A stretch of DNA of 34,846 nt from Porpidia crustulata (taxonomy: Eukaryota), in contig CAXUWE010000009.1 in NCBI GenBank assembly GCA_964255105.1, positions 1 through 34,846 on the forward strand, written 5' to 3'. Position numbers and translations under genes: made by a program. Shown here piece after piece: positions 13,563 through 25,860 of this stretch. Every line of letters begins with the position of its first letter. The first letter of the stretch is position 1. The notes beneath the pieces are model-generated. The model saw only the letters and a list, made by a program, of their open reading frames with translations, made no database searches and was not told where the DNA came from.

Positions 13563-15760
13563 TTTGAATATCGAATCGGCAAGAACTGACGCGTAGGAAC
13601 AGACCAGGAATAATGAAAGAAATGTTGAAGTCTTGACCACCAACGAGAGAATTGAAAGTTCGGTTGTGACGAATGGGAGTACGTAGCCCTGATATAAAAC
13701 TTTGGCAGGATTGTACGCATTTCGCAACCAATCTGGCTGATACACCTTCTGCGTTTGCCTGGTCTGTCTTCCATATCTACCTGTGCCGCCGCGAAGTTTT
13801 TAGACCACCTATCACACTGACCGGGCCATGTACTAGCCATGTTAGTGAGGCTTCTGCAATGTGTGATTCGTGATCTAAACAACTTCTTGGCGACACGAGT
13901 ATAGATTACGTCTGATCCTATTGAGAAATCCCAGTCAGTGGATTTCACATCTGCTTTTACTATCAGCGCCGCGAATAATTGGGCTAGCTCAGTCTTACGC
14001 CTCAAGCTGAGCTGCGAAGTCAGCGGCGTTAGGCTAGATTAGCTAGTTCAGATACTAGAGCTGTCAGCTTGCTAGCTCGACTATTAGAGTTGTCGGCTTA
14101 CCCCTGTGTTCCATCGACCGCTGAATCGGAACGTTGGCACCCACCATCTTGTACCGCCGAGACTACTGACGCCTAGGCAAAGTGCTTGGGGCACTTTTGC
14201 CGGGACGCAGATATTGCGCTAGCGAGAAGAAACACGAAATTCAAGCTTACAGAACGATATTACAGTGTCGTAAATTTCAATCGCAAAAAAACCATGAATG
14301 TATTAAGTTACCTTACAGTGTTGTAATTTACAGATGGACATTAAACAATATGTAATATTGAATGAATTAAAGCTTTGGACCTTCGCGTGTTAAAACTAAA
14401 AACTAAAAGACAAACGTTTTCGTTTTTTGAGCACTTCTTTTTATTGAGGTTTGTATGTTCACTTAACATAAATCCAAGAGTTCGCATTCAAATCTGACAC
14501 CCAGAGCGTTGAACAAGTCCCGCGAATTAATTCCCTAATCGTGGTGCACTTGCCTACACGATTGATTTTCTAAGGCGAGTAAATAGCGACGGGATACACC
14601 TACAGTACCCCCCACTGTTCCAAAGATCGTCGTTTGATATGGAGATATAAATAAACAATTAGCACAACCAGTCAAAGGGATAAGTCAATTAATTAAGCAT
14701 CTGTTGAGTAAATCAAATTACGATTGGCATGGCCACGACAGCACTAGCAAGTTACTCTATTTCAACAAGGAGGGGATATTGTGCTATGTATAGCCTCCGG
14801 CATCTTCTAGACCTCTTTTATCTATCAAACCTTACACACCACACCTATTCTAGGGGTGCTCTGCCGCAACACATCGTCCACAGACCTTTGCGGGTGGGCT
14901 CGTAAGGACGTCAAGCTTACCATACCGCTTATAATCTCCCTCCATGCCCGCCTCCTCCTCTTATCGCTCTCGGTAGTGTCCTCGGGGCTCGACTCATGAC
15001 TCGTGAACTCGCTCCAGGTGCGGGACACCTGGAAGAGTGTTGGAAAAGCTACTTCGGCAACTCGCATCTGGCCATGCTCGGCTCCGGGAACGTTGTGTCC
15101 AGACTCTTGTTCTAGTGCAAAGGCTTGCAGCTTCTCTGGACTAATCTATTATCCATCAGTCCTCAGCTTGTCGCGAGCTGGCCCCTCGTATGGGTCCCAA
15201 CCCAAAGCCCAAAGGATCAGGTTATCGCATTACTAAACCGATGGACAGGAGGAAATTGAGATCCTAGCGGCAATATTAATTTGGGGAGTCCGGTAAGCAG
15301 CAGCAGCCGGCTCCGTGTTTATTGCTTACGCTACCTGCCCTGGCCCCGTTCCCAGGTTTAGCATGGTGGCCTCCATGATCCTCGGTTTCGCCATCGTCTT
15401 GAAAACAATCGTCCTTCGACGTCGCTTAGGGTCGGCTATAGCAACTACGACCAGCCATTGTGCACAGTAAGGCTGTAGAGACGTTGGAATAGTTAGAATA
15501 GAAGTAAATGAGGCGAACTCCTATTGACGTGAAAGAGTGTGAGGGGTCTTATATGTGTCAAACAAGGTTCCTTGAAATTCGTAAGATCAGCTGCAGTCGA
15601 GGGGGTATTAAATACAATTAAAGATTGACCAAGGGCGACTGTAAAGAATTAAAGCATACAAATAAGGAGCTAAGAAAGAATCAATGATAAGCAAAAAGAT
15701 TGCATGGATATTCGGAGTTGGAATAAATTATATAATACTTAAATATGACTTGTCGGTATC

Positions 15761-16545
15761 TCAATGGTCTTTCAGGCTTTCCCTGTCCATGATGTTGACA
15801 TTGATATTGGCCCGACGTCGAAGCCAAGTTTCCCTGGTCTTGGTTTCACCTCTACTCGCGTAACAAAGTGCCCTGAAAGCCGAGCCTTCGTCGTTCAAGA
15901 GGTCCTTGGCCGCCCCAACCTCGACCGGACGGCCCGAATCAAACACAAACACCCTGTCCAAGTTCACCAAGCTCTACAGACTATGGGTGACCATGATGAC
16001 TGTTCGGTCCTAGAAACCTCCCCTGATGATGCCCAAAATTGTGGCATTCGTGATGGGATCCATACTGGTTTCATATCAGCCTGATTGTGCGCTTTGTGAA
16101 CCATGGTGGGACGGTAGGGGCGAAGGAACAGACTGCAAGATCAAACTGGAATGAAATACACGCTTATAGGCCCGTCGACTCGTCTAGTATCAGTATACTG
16201 CTTTCTTACAAAAGAGCTCTCCCGAGGTAGAAAACTTGTCATTGGCCATGTGAACGTGAATTTTCGTTCAAAGTGGTACCAAGGCCGCCAGAGGACGTCA
16301 CTTTACTCCATAAGTCAACTCGTTCCAGAGCCTACATTTTTGAGTAATCTGAGACTGCGTCTTCCCAGGGGCTTGCATTCTTCCTCACAGTCCCCTCAAA
16401 CGGAAAAGGCTTCTAAGTGACGAGATTGAGCTTGAACCGAACAAAGCCAGAGTTCAGAGTAACGATGTTGACTCTATCAATCAGTCTATACCATTGGTAA
16501 GATGGTAGCAGACATAGCAAAGCTGCTACAAGGCTACTTTTCCAC
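15761..16545 (-). pseudogene. Decayed C-terminal nucleotide-binding domain (NBD2) of an ABCC/MRP-type ABC transporter
   Basis: Manual translation: (G)KSSLVAALL (Walker A tail, 1-nt frameshift) ... LNLVT*KPFPFEGTVRKN (Q-loop) ... ALERVDLW..GGLGTTL ... SHGQ*QVFYLGRALL*ESSILILDEST (signature + Walker B), then an intron, then MDPITNATILGIIRGGF*DRTVIMVTHSL*SLVNLDRVFVFDSGRPVEVG. Six in-frame stops (16413, 16332, 16239, 16206, 16010, 15974); intron donor reads ATAAGC instead of GTAAGC at 16167. Confidence 0.9.
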
Positions 16546-17147
16546 TATGAATATCTTAGGAAGGTGTAGAGGGAAGTAAAATAGAAAGGGTTGCGATGCA
16601 ATAATGTCAGAATACATGGGAAACGTAATGCTGAAGCAAACAGAACCATGTTGGTCCTCGTATTTTTTTCAGAAAAAAGCACTAGAACTCAGATAGACTC
16701 TTCTCGTTTTCTGGTCATCATCAAAATCTGATTTTGTTTGCTAACCGAGGAGTATATCAGTCGCAATCAAAGATCGCAATGCTCCGCTCGATCATCATAC
16801 TATCAGAACAGTGAGGAAGGAGATGGAAAAAATCGTTGCTGGTCGGCGCTGTAGAAATCCTATTATGGTTTGCTAAGCGTGTTAGCGCCTACCTAACAGT
16901 ACTCTAGGGCTAGCCCTACAAAATTCGCCTCCTCAATCAGCTGACTAATCGATAGCATCACGTGCACCGCACTATTCTCAATCTGAAATGAAAGGAACAA
17001 TAAGGTCACACTGTATGAAGAACGATCATCATCCTCAAGGGGGAAGAGACATCAGTGAGGCAATACATTCTACTAAGACAGTCGTGTCAGAACTCATATC
17101 AACTCAAATCTTGAGTGGGACGATATATTCTAGCAATATCTGTTACA

Positions 17148-20100
17148 TCAGAAATTGTACACGCTCAACTTTTCAATGTACCGACATGCTTTCCAAAGCT
17201 GAGCTCCAGTTTCGCCAATCTAGGATGAGTTAGTATTGACAAGGTATATCGAGAAGATAGTGAAATTACGTTTTTCTGTGAGAAGGCCTCGAAATGGTTT
17301 CCTGGAATTGGGAGAACCTCGACATGACCACCAACCAATCCTTCCCAGGCTACGATTGCAGCAGCTCGAGCATCCTGGTCACTGAGCCAGTCATAGCGAA
17401 CCCCACAAAGGCTTTCAGTATCCAAGACGTCCTGGCTTCTCAACATGACCGTCTTCAGCCTCAGTCCATTCCTTTGGGAGGAGGGTGTTGCCTCGTAATT
17501 TCCTAGCAGAGATGCGTTGAATTGGAATTCTTCCCTGAGTGCAGCATTGGCATTCAATGCATGAGTCTGACTGCTCCGTTTAATAATGTTGTCAATGACT
17601 TCATTCGGAAGAGGTTTGTGATCAATAGGATTTGGAGAGTCGATCAATATGAGGCCCTTCACCTCAAAACCATTCGCTACGAGCTGTTGAGCCGCCTCAA
17701 AGGCCACTATTCCGCCAAAAGACCAACCTTAAATTATTAGCTAGGTCCAAAAGCAGGCGGGAGCCAGACTCACCACTCACTATCAAGGGGGATAGTTTAG
17801 ATCTTGAGAGGAGCGAGACGTAGTACTCAGTCATCTGGTTTACGCTACTATGAGGTCGTTTGTTACTCCCAAAATGCGGGTCGAAGAAGGCGTACGCACT
17901 GCGGTCGTGATCACGCAGTCGTGCATACGTGCTGACCTGCCCACTCCCGTCATGAAAAAGGCAGAGCGGTGCTAGCTCTCCGTGTGAAAAATGCAGCGCT
18001 ACTGGATTTTTCTGCAAACCATCAGATGGAGAATAGTCTGAGGGAACAAGTGTAGACTGACGTGAATCTCTCTGACTCGCGGATGCGGGAACCCCAATAA
18101 GTGAAGTGAGTTCCACTGACGATTGCAGAATGGATGCCAGTGTGCTCTCCAAGGACTCGAGAGTTTCGCATTCTGATAAAACATTATGGTCCAGCCCTAT
18201 TTGACCGGGAAATTTGCGTGTCAGTTTCGAGATAATTTCAATTCGCATAAGAGAATCGATCCCAAGCTCATCTAGTGAATTCGTGTAATCTATATCTTGT
18301 TTGGAAAAACCGCCAAACTCCATGACGATGTTGTGCAGCGCTATTCTAAGGTCATGAAGAAGACTACCACCAGACTCGAAGGGAGTGTTTGTAACCTCGC
18401 CACTTGTGGGAGGAGTATCCAAACCAGTCGGTAGCTGCGGTTTCTCTTGCTCTACAAGAAAATTCCAAGGCTCAACGGCAGTGGACTTGCGAGACAACGC
18501 TTGCTGGAAAGCAGATAATCGGAGTCTTTTAAATTCCATGTCCCGGATGACGGCAACGACTTTCCCAGACGCAGTCAAGGCTATTGCGTCTGCTAGAATT
18601 GCACCTTTGGTTTCGAGCAAGCTACAGTAGACCGTGAAAGTATCCGCGTAATCGATATCACGGTAAGATATCTCGATCGACTCGACGCGGGTGCAAATAC
18701 ATACTTCATGGGACGTTACAGCAAGATTTGCGATGAAACCTGCAGCATGCAGAAGTGTGTCTGTAAAGACAGGGGGTGCAAGGTAACCGGTCTGAGAACT
18801 AGAAGGTATCTTAAAGGAGCCAATACCTTCGAGATTGGAGCTTGCCACACTCAAATACACCAAGCTCTGGTACTCTGGGGAATATCTAACAACGCGTGTA
18901 AAGATAGCCTCATAAAGGATTTTAGTTTGGAAGGTACTGATGTGGTTTTTCCTACCATCAGAGAAGGATTGACTTTGTCTGTTCACAACTGCCGCATCCT
19001 TCATCCAGTGGGATGCGTTGATCCGGAAGTTTTGCAGGGAGACACGACCAGTGCAGTGTGTATTCTCCTTAAGATCTTTGGTCGAGTATGAGGCAATCTT
19101 AAAGTCCACCCCGGAATCTAAATCGTGTTTTGTGATGTACACAGTCACAAAATCTGCTTTCTGTGACGGTACATATATCAACGGACTGGCAAAGGTCATC
19201 CTGCTGACGACCAACAACTGGCTCTCGAGAGGCTCAAGCATGGTTTGTGCTCCTTCCAGGGCGAGCTCATGGAATACTGACGCTGGGCAGATGGAAATCC
19301 CGCCAACGTCATGGCCTGAGATTAGTGGCCCAAGAATTGCTAATGTTGTCTCAAGCACAAATTCTTCGCTCGAAGACGCTTGAGTCTTCAGCCATGGTAA
19401 CAGGTTAAATTCAGTCTTGGTGCGGAGCTCCATGGAAAATTGCTCAATGGAACCGACAACTTGACGAGTTTCCTGGTAAGGTATCATATAGGTCGAACCC
19501 TCTAAAGGATGGCCTGGTAAGCCTGTGACTTTTGCAGACGTCCCAATAAAAACTTCGCGCCAGTTGACAGGTAATTTGAGCAATGAAATTGCGGCCAGCG
19601 TTGAACTAATCGAGGTCCATGCATCTTGGCCCTTTTGTAAGGTACCAAGGTAGGTACAAGATTCTGGATGAATAGAGCTCCGTAGCATTGGTATAGTTGT
19701 GGGTTGTGGACCTACCTCAAGGAAGACAGCACCGTCGAGCAGCTCTCTTGCTTGTAAATTTAGCAGATCTTCTGTAAAGCGCACTGGCTGCCTCGCGTGA
19801 AGCGCGAAGTAGTCACTAGAAAAGTCTTCCTCTTCGAAAAATCGCCCGAAAACATTAGAACTGACGGGAATTGTAGGTCGTGCGAACCTAATTGACCGTC
19901 CCAAGGCTTTCAGGGGTTCCACGATTGGATCCATAGCTGGTGAGTGGAAGGCGTAGGGGACGTCCATCGACTTCACGTTGACCTTACGGGCCTTGCAATC
20001 CTTCCTAAACATTTCGATTTGGCCTAGCGGTCCACCAACGACACAGTCACTGATGCCATTTAAGCATGCCACGGTCAGCTGGGACACGTTCGGGTTTTCC

Positions 20101-23100
20101 AGTATTAATTCCTCGGCCTTTTTAGGGGATAATCTGCACGCCAGCATCCCAGACGCGCTAGCCACACAATTATCGGTCATCATCTTCGCTCGGGATGCCA
20201 CAACACGCAGTGTATCCTCTAATGTCAGCACCCCCGAGAAGCATAAAGCAGCGTATTCGCCGAGACTGTTGAGATCAGCCCGCTAGTAGATAAGAGACCT
20301 CCAGGGCGCTGACGTACCTATGACCCATAACATATTCGGGCACTATCCCCCATGACATGAATATTTTCGCGAGCGCATATTCTAGTGCAACGCACGCACA
20401 TTGTGATGCGATGACCTGTTCAGCGCCGTCTAATGCTTTTACTTCCCTCCGATCTTTACATAAATTACTGAGAATGCTTGGGTATCCCAATCCTTGAATA
20501 ATGCCATCACAGTTCATGATGATCTCTCTAAAAAGAGGGAATGCGTACATCAGTTCTTCTCCCATACCGTGATACAGACCGCCTTGTCCAGAAAAGACGA
20601 AAATAATGGCTGAAATCTTCTGAGCAGGAATAGAGTTGACAGCTTTGCAATGTTCTAACCTTGTCCGCAGATCATCAATAGAGGTGCATACCACGGAGAT
20701 GCGATAATCATAGATCTGACGTCGCGCAGTTGCAGTATAGCAGATGTCTTTCAACAACGGCTGACGTTCTGTTCCCTCCAGGAATCGAAGATGTCGACGT
20801 ACAGCCGTTCCTAAGGCAATCTGTGATTTTGCAGAAAGTGCAAAGACGTACGCTGATCGCTCCTGATGTTCGGGCTGAGGATTTGATGGCTCAACCCAAT
20901 CTTCTAGGAGGAGGGACGTGTTTGAACCAGCAGCCCCGAAATTATTCAGCATAGCTCTCCTTGGGGTTTTTTGCAAGTGGTTCCATGCTGTAGTCTGCCT
21001 TGGTATGATGAAGCCAGAGCTTTCCAGGTCCGCGAAACTTGGATTGATGTTCTTAAATCCGACTTGTACTGGGATTTTTTTCTCGCGAAGCATGAGCAAC
21101 AACTTAGCCAAACCAGCTGCTCCAGACGCGGACTCACAATGGCCTATGTTACCCTTGATAGAACTGACCACGAGGGGGTTCACCGTTGAGTGATGTGGGC
21201 CAAAGATAGTTCTCAAACTTTCAATTTCGCGTGTATCTCCGGCCTATCAAGTAAGATTAAATAAGTCTGACAAATCAGAGCAAAGGGTAGAAACCTGTGT
21301 GCCTGTCCCGTGTGCTTCTATGACACCAATGGATCCAGGGTCGACATTCGTCTGTTGGAGCAGTCGCTGAAATAGGTCGATTTGCGTTTGACTATGAGGA
21401 TGTGTAATAGAATGGGCATTGCCGCTTTGATTTATCATTACGTTTCTAATTACTCCGTGTATGTGATCGTTTTCCGCGATAGCATCAGACAATCGTTTGA
21501 GAACAAAGAGAACACATCCCTCAGCTCGACAATATCCGTCAGCAGCTGCATCGAAGGGTTTGCAGCCTCCGGTTGGGCTGAGGAAGTGACCTCGGGCTAA
21601 TCCAAGGTACATCTGTTACTTATCAGCAAACAATTTTGTATTTCTGAAATCTGCATGACGAAGATACTGACATCGGGGCTAGAAACCACATTGGCGCCGC
21701 CCGCGATAGCTGCTGTGCAATCGCCGCGTTGCAGAGCTCGGCACGCCTGGTACACGGAGACAATTGAAGACGAACATGCAGTATCAGTGACAATGGATGG
21801 GCCACTGAGCTTATAAAAGTAAGAAATCCTCCCACTGTGAAATGCTCGCAGTGTCCCGGGGGAGTAGAAAACATCAATATCATTGCGAAGATTGTCTGTA
21901 TAATCCCCAGTGGCAAGGCCAATATAGCATCCAGTGGAAGCTCTTTGGAAAGATCGTGATGAGTCCCCTACATATCCAGCGTCTTCGAAGGCTTCCTGAG
22001 CTGCATGCAACAGAATGCGCTGCTGAGGATCCATGGATGTTGCTTCTCGAGGGGAAATGTTGAAAAAGGCGTTATCAAAGCTGCAGGATCTTGGTTTTAG
22101 TTTTCTTGATCAGGTAGGATTTAGGAGTTTGGGAATATCTATACAGGAGCTTATAGTATGCCGAAAAAGAGTGAGTCAAGAGTTGAGACATGCTTAAACT
22201 CCTGATAACAACTGAAAGAGAAGAGACAAACTCAGAAAATCCGAAGACTCACGAGAAGGGATCGTCCAGGAAAGCGCCGTGCTTTGTGGGCATCGAGCGC
22301 GTCTTACGCGAATCCTCCTCTGAACAGTAGTCAGAGACTTTGAACCTGGACTCAGGGATCTCTTGCACGGCATTCAACCCTTGGGACAGCGTTTCCCATA
22401 GCTCTTCGGTCCCCTTCCCTTTAGGAAGATGCACGCTCAGCCCAACAATGGCGATGCTATCTTGGTGGTCACAAGACAAGTGAGATTTACTACTAGCTCT
22501 AAATGGCGAGAGATCCAAAAGTTCTATTCTAGGATCAAGAGGCTGAAAATCTGGGAATAGGGAGCCGGAGCCTGGTCCGAAGGAAAGGAGCTTTACGACT
22601 GTTGCGGGCTCCTGTATTAATAACCCCCTCACACTTGCTGCGATCTCATGAGCTGTGTCGCTCCAATTTACACAGTGTATCAAAAAGTGCCGAACTAACC
22701 ACCCAAGCAGCTCTGAAGTATCGGTATTTGCAGGATCAAATAACGTGCCGTCCAAGGTTGAACGAATGGGTTTTGTAAGTGTGGAGTAAGAGGGGAAGGA
22801 GACGGCCCGACGCCGTAAATCTTCAAGAACTTCGTGGACAACACCTTCGAGTTGATGTCCTCCATGATACCATCCATGAACGTGCGCGAAAGTTGTTGTA
22901 AAATCGGGGACGGCCTGCGCCCTGAACGCACTGAGGTCGACTTTAGGGCCAGAGATAGACACAACGCTAGAATTAGAGATAGCAGATACCTGGACTCGTC
23001 GAGGTGGTTGCTGGGACGACGTGCTAGGTCCCTGCGTCGCAAAGTGCTTTACTAATCTTTCTTCGACCTGACTTGGGGAAAGACCCCAAATTACGAGGGA

Positions 23101-23664
23101 CGATGTCGCTTCTGAGTCGACGACATCGCCAACGGGGTCGCTTGCATTGGCATTGAGGCTCCAGAAGAGACTACGACATGCAATCCAAAAGGCAAGACGA
23201 AATCCTTGAATTCCATTTGTCACAAAGTCGTCCAAGCTGCGCGAGCGTGCAACTATCGCAGCCGGGAGCAAGCCCGAAGAGAAGCCCGTTGTCTCTCGAA
23301 GTCGGTCAAACGAGTCCTCGAATGGTCCATCGACACGCTGTGTCTCGGCCAGATAATGTAACAGCTGGTAGAGGTAGATGGTGGTTACCTGGAGCACCGC
23401 ATGTGTGTGATATTGTGTGACCGGCTTGAGCAAGTCATGTGGGGAGGAGAACAGGGCGGGATCGATGGCGAGAAGATGCTGTGAGTGGGGGTCTAGACTC
23501 GCTATCTCCTGTAAGAAAACCGCATGGCATCTTGACAGAAGAATACTGCCAGCGCTCGCGGATCGAGTATCTTCCTGTGCTGTCTCGGCCGCATTGGGCG
23601 AGAAAATGGACGGCGAACCCTGACCTCCAAATAACACCAGACACTGTACTCTCCGCGCGGGCAT
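17148..23664 (-). CDS. Non-reducing PKS (SAT-KS-AT-PT-ACP-TE), orsellinic acid synthase (OrsA-like), ~2028 aa, 7 exons
   Basis: Exons 23664-22253, 22080-21672, 21612-21295, 21243-20318, 20265-17774, 17727-17270 and 17219-17148 (6087 nt, in frame). SAT FGGQG / [37 protein letters not shown] (split by intron), YAFHS; PT GHDVGG..CPAS and DTLLHAAGF; single ACP GIDSL; TE HDGSG, GWSFGG (split by intron), PGNHF. No methyltransferase or reductive domains. Confidence 0.93.
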
Positions 23665-24013
23665 GGCTGTGCTAAGCGTCGTACTGATTCCAGGCGTGAG
23701 TATACATGGACTACGTGGAGCATGAAAGAGCTACGAGGATTATAAGGACGAAGCCATTACTAGTAAACTATGGAGAATACTACTAATGACTGAGATAACT
23801 AAGGTACTGAGGAGCCATATCCTCGCTGTGCCATAAGGGTCATTCTATGGACAGTAATGTATCAATAATAGGAATTTTAGGCTCAAGAGCTCTGTTGCTG
23901 TGGCACGCCATAGAGCTGTAAAGCTCCCTTGGTCTAGTCTACGGCTCAACATAGTACTGTCTTGGGGGGGGGGGGGCGGAGAAAAAGCAAGTCGCCCCGC
24001 TCCACCAACCCAC

Positions 24014-24023
24014 NNNNNNNNNN
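24014..24023. other. Assembly gap (10 N) flanked by poly-G and poly-T runs
   Basis: Run of ten N; G13 at 23964-23976 and a T-run at ~24029-24041. Confidence 1.
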
Positions 24024-24925
24024 ATACATTTTTTTTTTTTTCTCTCTGCTCCAACACAACCCCGCCCCGCCCCCCAAAGACCAGTCAACCGATAGTGCTG
24101 CTCTAGGGAGGACTTCTTGAGTCCCTGGCCGCTGGAGCTTCCCTGTTAGTAGCCTAGCAGGGTTGATACTTAACACCACCCCCCTCTCCAGGTGACGTCT
24201 ATAAAACGAAAGATGTCCTACCGAGATAACGCCGTTCTTCTTTGACATCGCCTTTCGACTTAGACTGTAATGTCATCTTGCCCAGATTTCCATATCAGCA
24301 ACAGGTAAAACTATCTCAACGCCAACTCCACCAACTATCTATTATACATCCCCGCAAGCTATGCATGTGCTAGACAGGCTTATATCATCCTAGAGGACAG
24401 TAAGAAATGTAGACTATATACTTACCAGACAAGGAGATTTACGTACTTAACATCAATTTAACGAAACAACTTTTAAATTATATTTAAGAAACATATCTTG
24501 TATTTTTTTCTATGTTTGTATTTAAAATTATACAGATTACAGAAAACTTCACTCGCAAAATATAAGCTACACATGGAAGTTCTACGGGAAGCAGAACTTT
24601 TTGCGAAATCCTAAAAAATACGTTTACAACACGTTACAACCAAATAAACCAGCGGCTCGATCCCACAGTTGTTATCGAGGTAGCACAAACTTGTAACAAA
24701 AATACAGCGCTAAACATATATAGTTGGACACAGCAATTGTACACGATAACGGCAGGATCTCCCGAGAATCCTCTGACCCGTGCAGAAACGTCAGAAACAA
24801 GGGTGATATCGCATCGCATCAAGATCGGTATCAGCTGTCAGCGTGAAGATCAGGCATCAGCATTCAGCAATCAGCATCAGCAATTGGACCGGTACCAGGC
24901 AACCAGTACCATCAGCACCAAGACC

Positions 24926-25003
24926 ACGCGAAGGATTCACACGAAGGATTCGCACGAAGGATTCGCACGAAGGATTCGCACGAAGGATTCGCACGAAGGA
25001 TTC
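24926..25003. repeat. Minisatellite: 6 tandem copies of a 13-bp unit (GCACGAAGGATTC)
   Basis: acgcgaaggattc, acacgaaggattc, then 4 exact copies of gcacgaaggattc; no spacers. Confidence 0.95.
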
Positions 25004-25860
25004 ACGCTAAAACCCTCATTCCCAAAATCAAAAATCAAATAGATACCTGGCGCTTGGTATCCCAGGGGTTGGTTCCCCAGGGCCCAGAGGTTGGCTTCCT
25101 CCGACAGGGGACCGGGATTTGGCGCGTGTACTTTAGTGCTGACCAGGCTGACGGGTAGGTGCGGAGATGTCGCAAGAGTTTCCAAATTAACGGGATTTTT
25201 GGGAATGCCCACGTGGGGGGCTAGTGCGAGGCCGAGGGTGTGAGGGTGGAGGGTGAGGTATGGTATGGAAAGGTGGATTGGCGGTATTGAAAGGGGATGG
25301 TATTTCATGGGTGGGGGTTTTTGTTTTGAAGGGTACAGAACGGTAATGATTTTGGGTATAATTGGTAAGATGGTGTGAATTTCGCTGGTATCGGTTTACA
25401 CGGCTTTCTTATATTTAATTTATATGGAGATTTGACTTTGTTTAGGATGGATCTGTTATGTTTTTCTTGAGGGTGTCGTTAGGGAGTCATGTCGAGATTT
25501 CCGTTGTGATTTAATGATGTGTTAATCAACTCTTCGAAAATGTCCGTTATAACTCGATTTCCGTACAAACTTGATATTTTTGCCACTACCTTATCACTTG
25601 TCTACTCTTAATCTATTACTTGAGGTGTAGGGAAAATAACTCCATGTCGGTATTATTATGGATCACAAGATAGTTGAGACTCTTGAGTCACATCCTCGCG
25701 GCCCATCCAATACTTACCTATTTAAGGATCCTACTTTCTTCGGGAGTTTTATGAGAACCAAGCCAGCTCGCATGAATTAAATGCACACGTTACTCTATAT
25801 ATTGCTTTACATAAGATGTCAAAAGGAGGCAAATGAGCAGGCCCTAGAAATTATTGGATA

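Noticed and set aside
13563..13745. 61-aa N-terminal extension of the HR-PKS in the ORF track
   Set aside because: KS homology begins right after ATG 13562 ([18 protein letters not shown]), which has a good AAAATG context; the extension has no PKS-like character.
12029..23664. Fragmented PKS ORFs as evidence of pseudogenisation
   Set aside because: Every break is explained by a GT-AG intron that restores frame and catalytic motifs.
3258..23664. Resorcylic acid lactone (zearalenone/hypothemycin-type) cluster
   Set aside because: The HR-PKS has cMT and cAT domains, the NR-PKS looks OrsA-like, and a decarboxylase would remove the carboxyl needed for macrolactonisation. Not formally excluded.
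24926..25003. Tandem repeat as a CRISPR array or heat-shock element array
   Set aside because: 13-bp units with no spacers in a eukaryotic genome; GAA-TTC spacing is 3 nt, not the 2 nt of an HSE.
24737..25308. ORFs 24737..25042 and 24937..25308
   Set aside because: They arise from low-complexity and tandem-repeat DNA; no recognisable domain.
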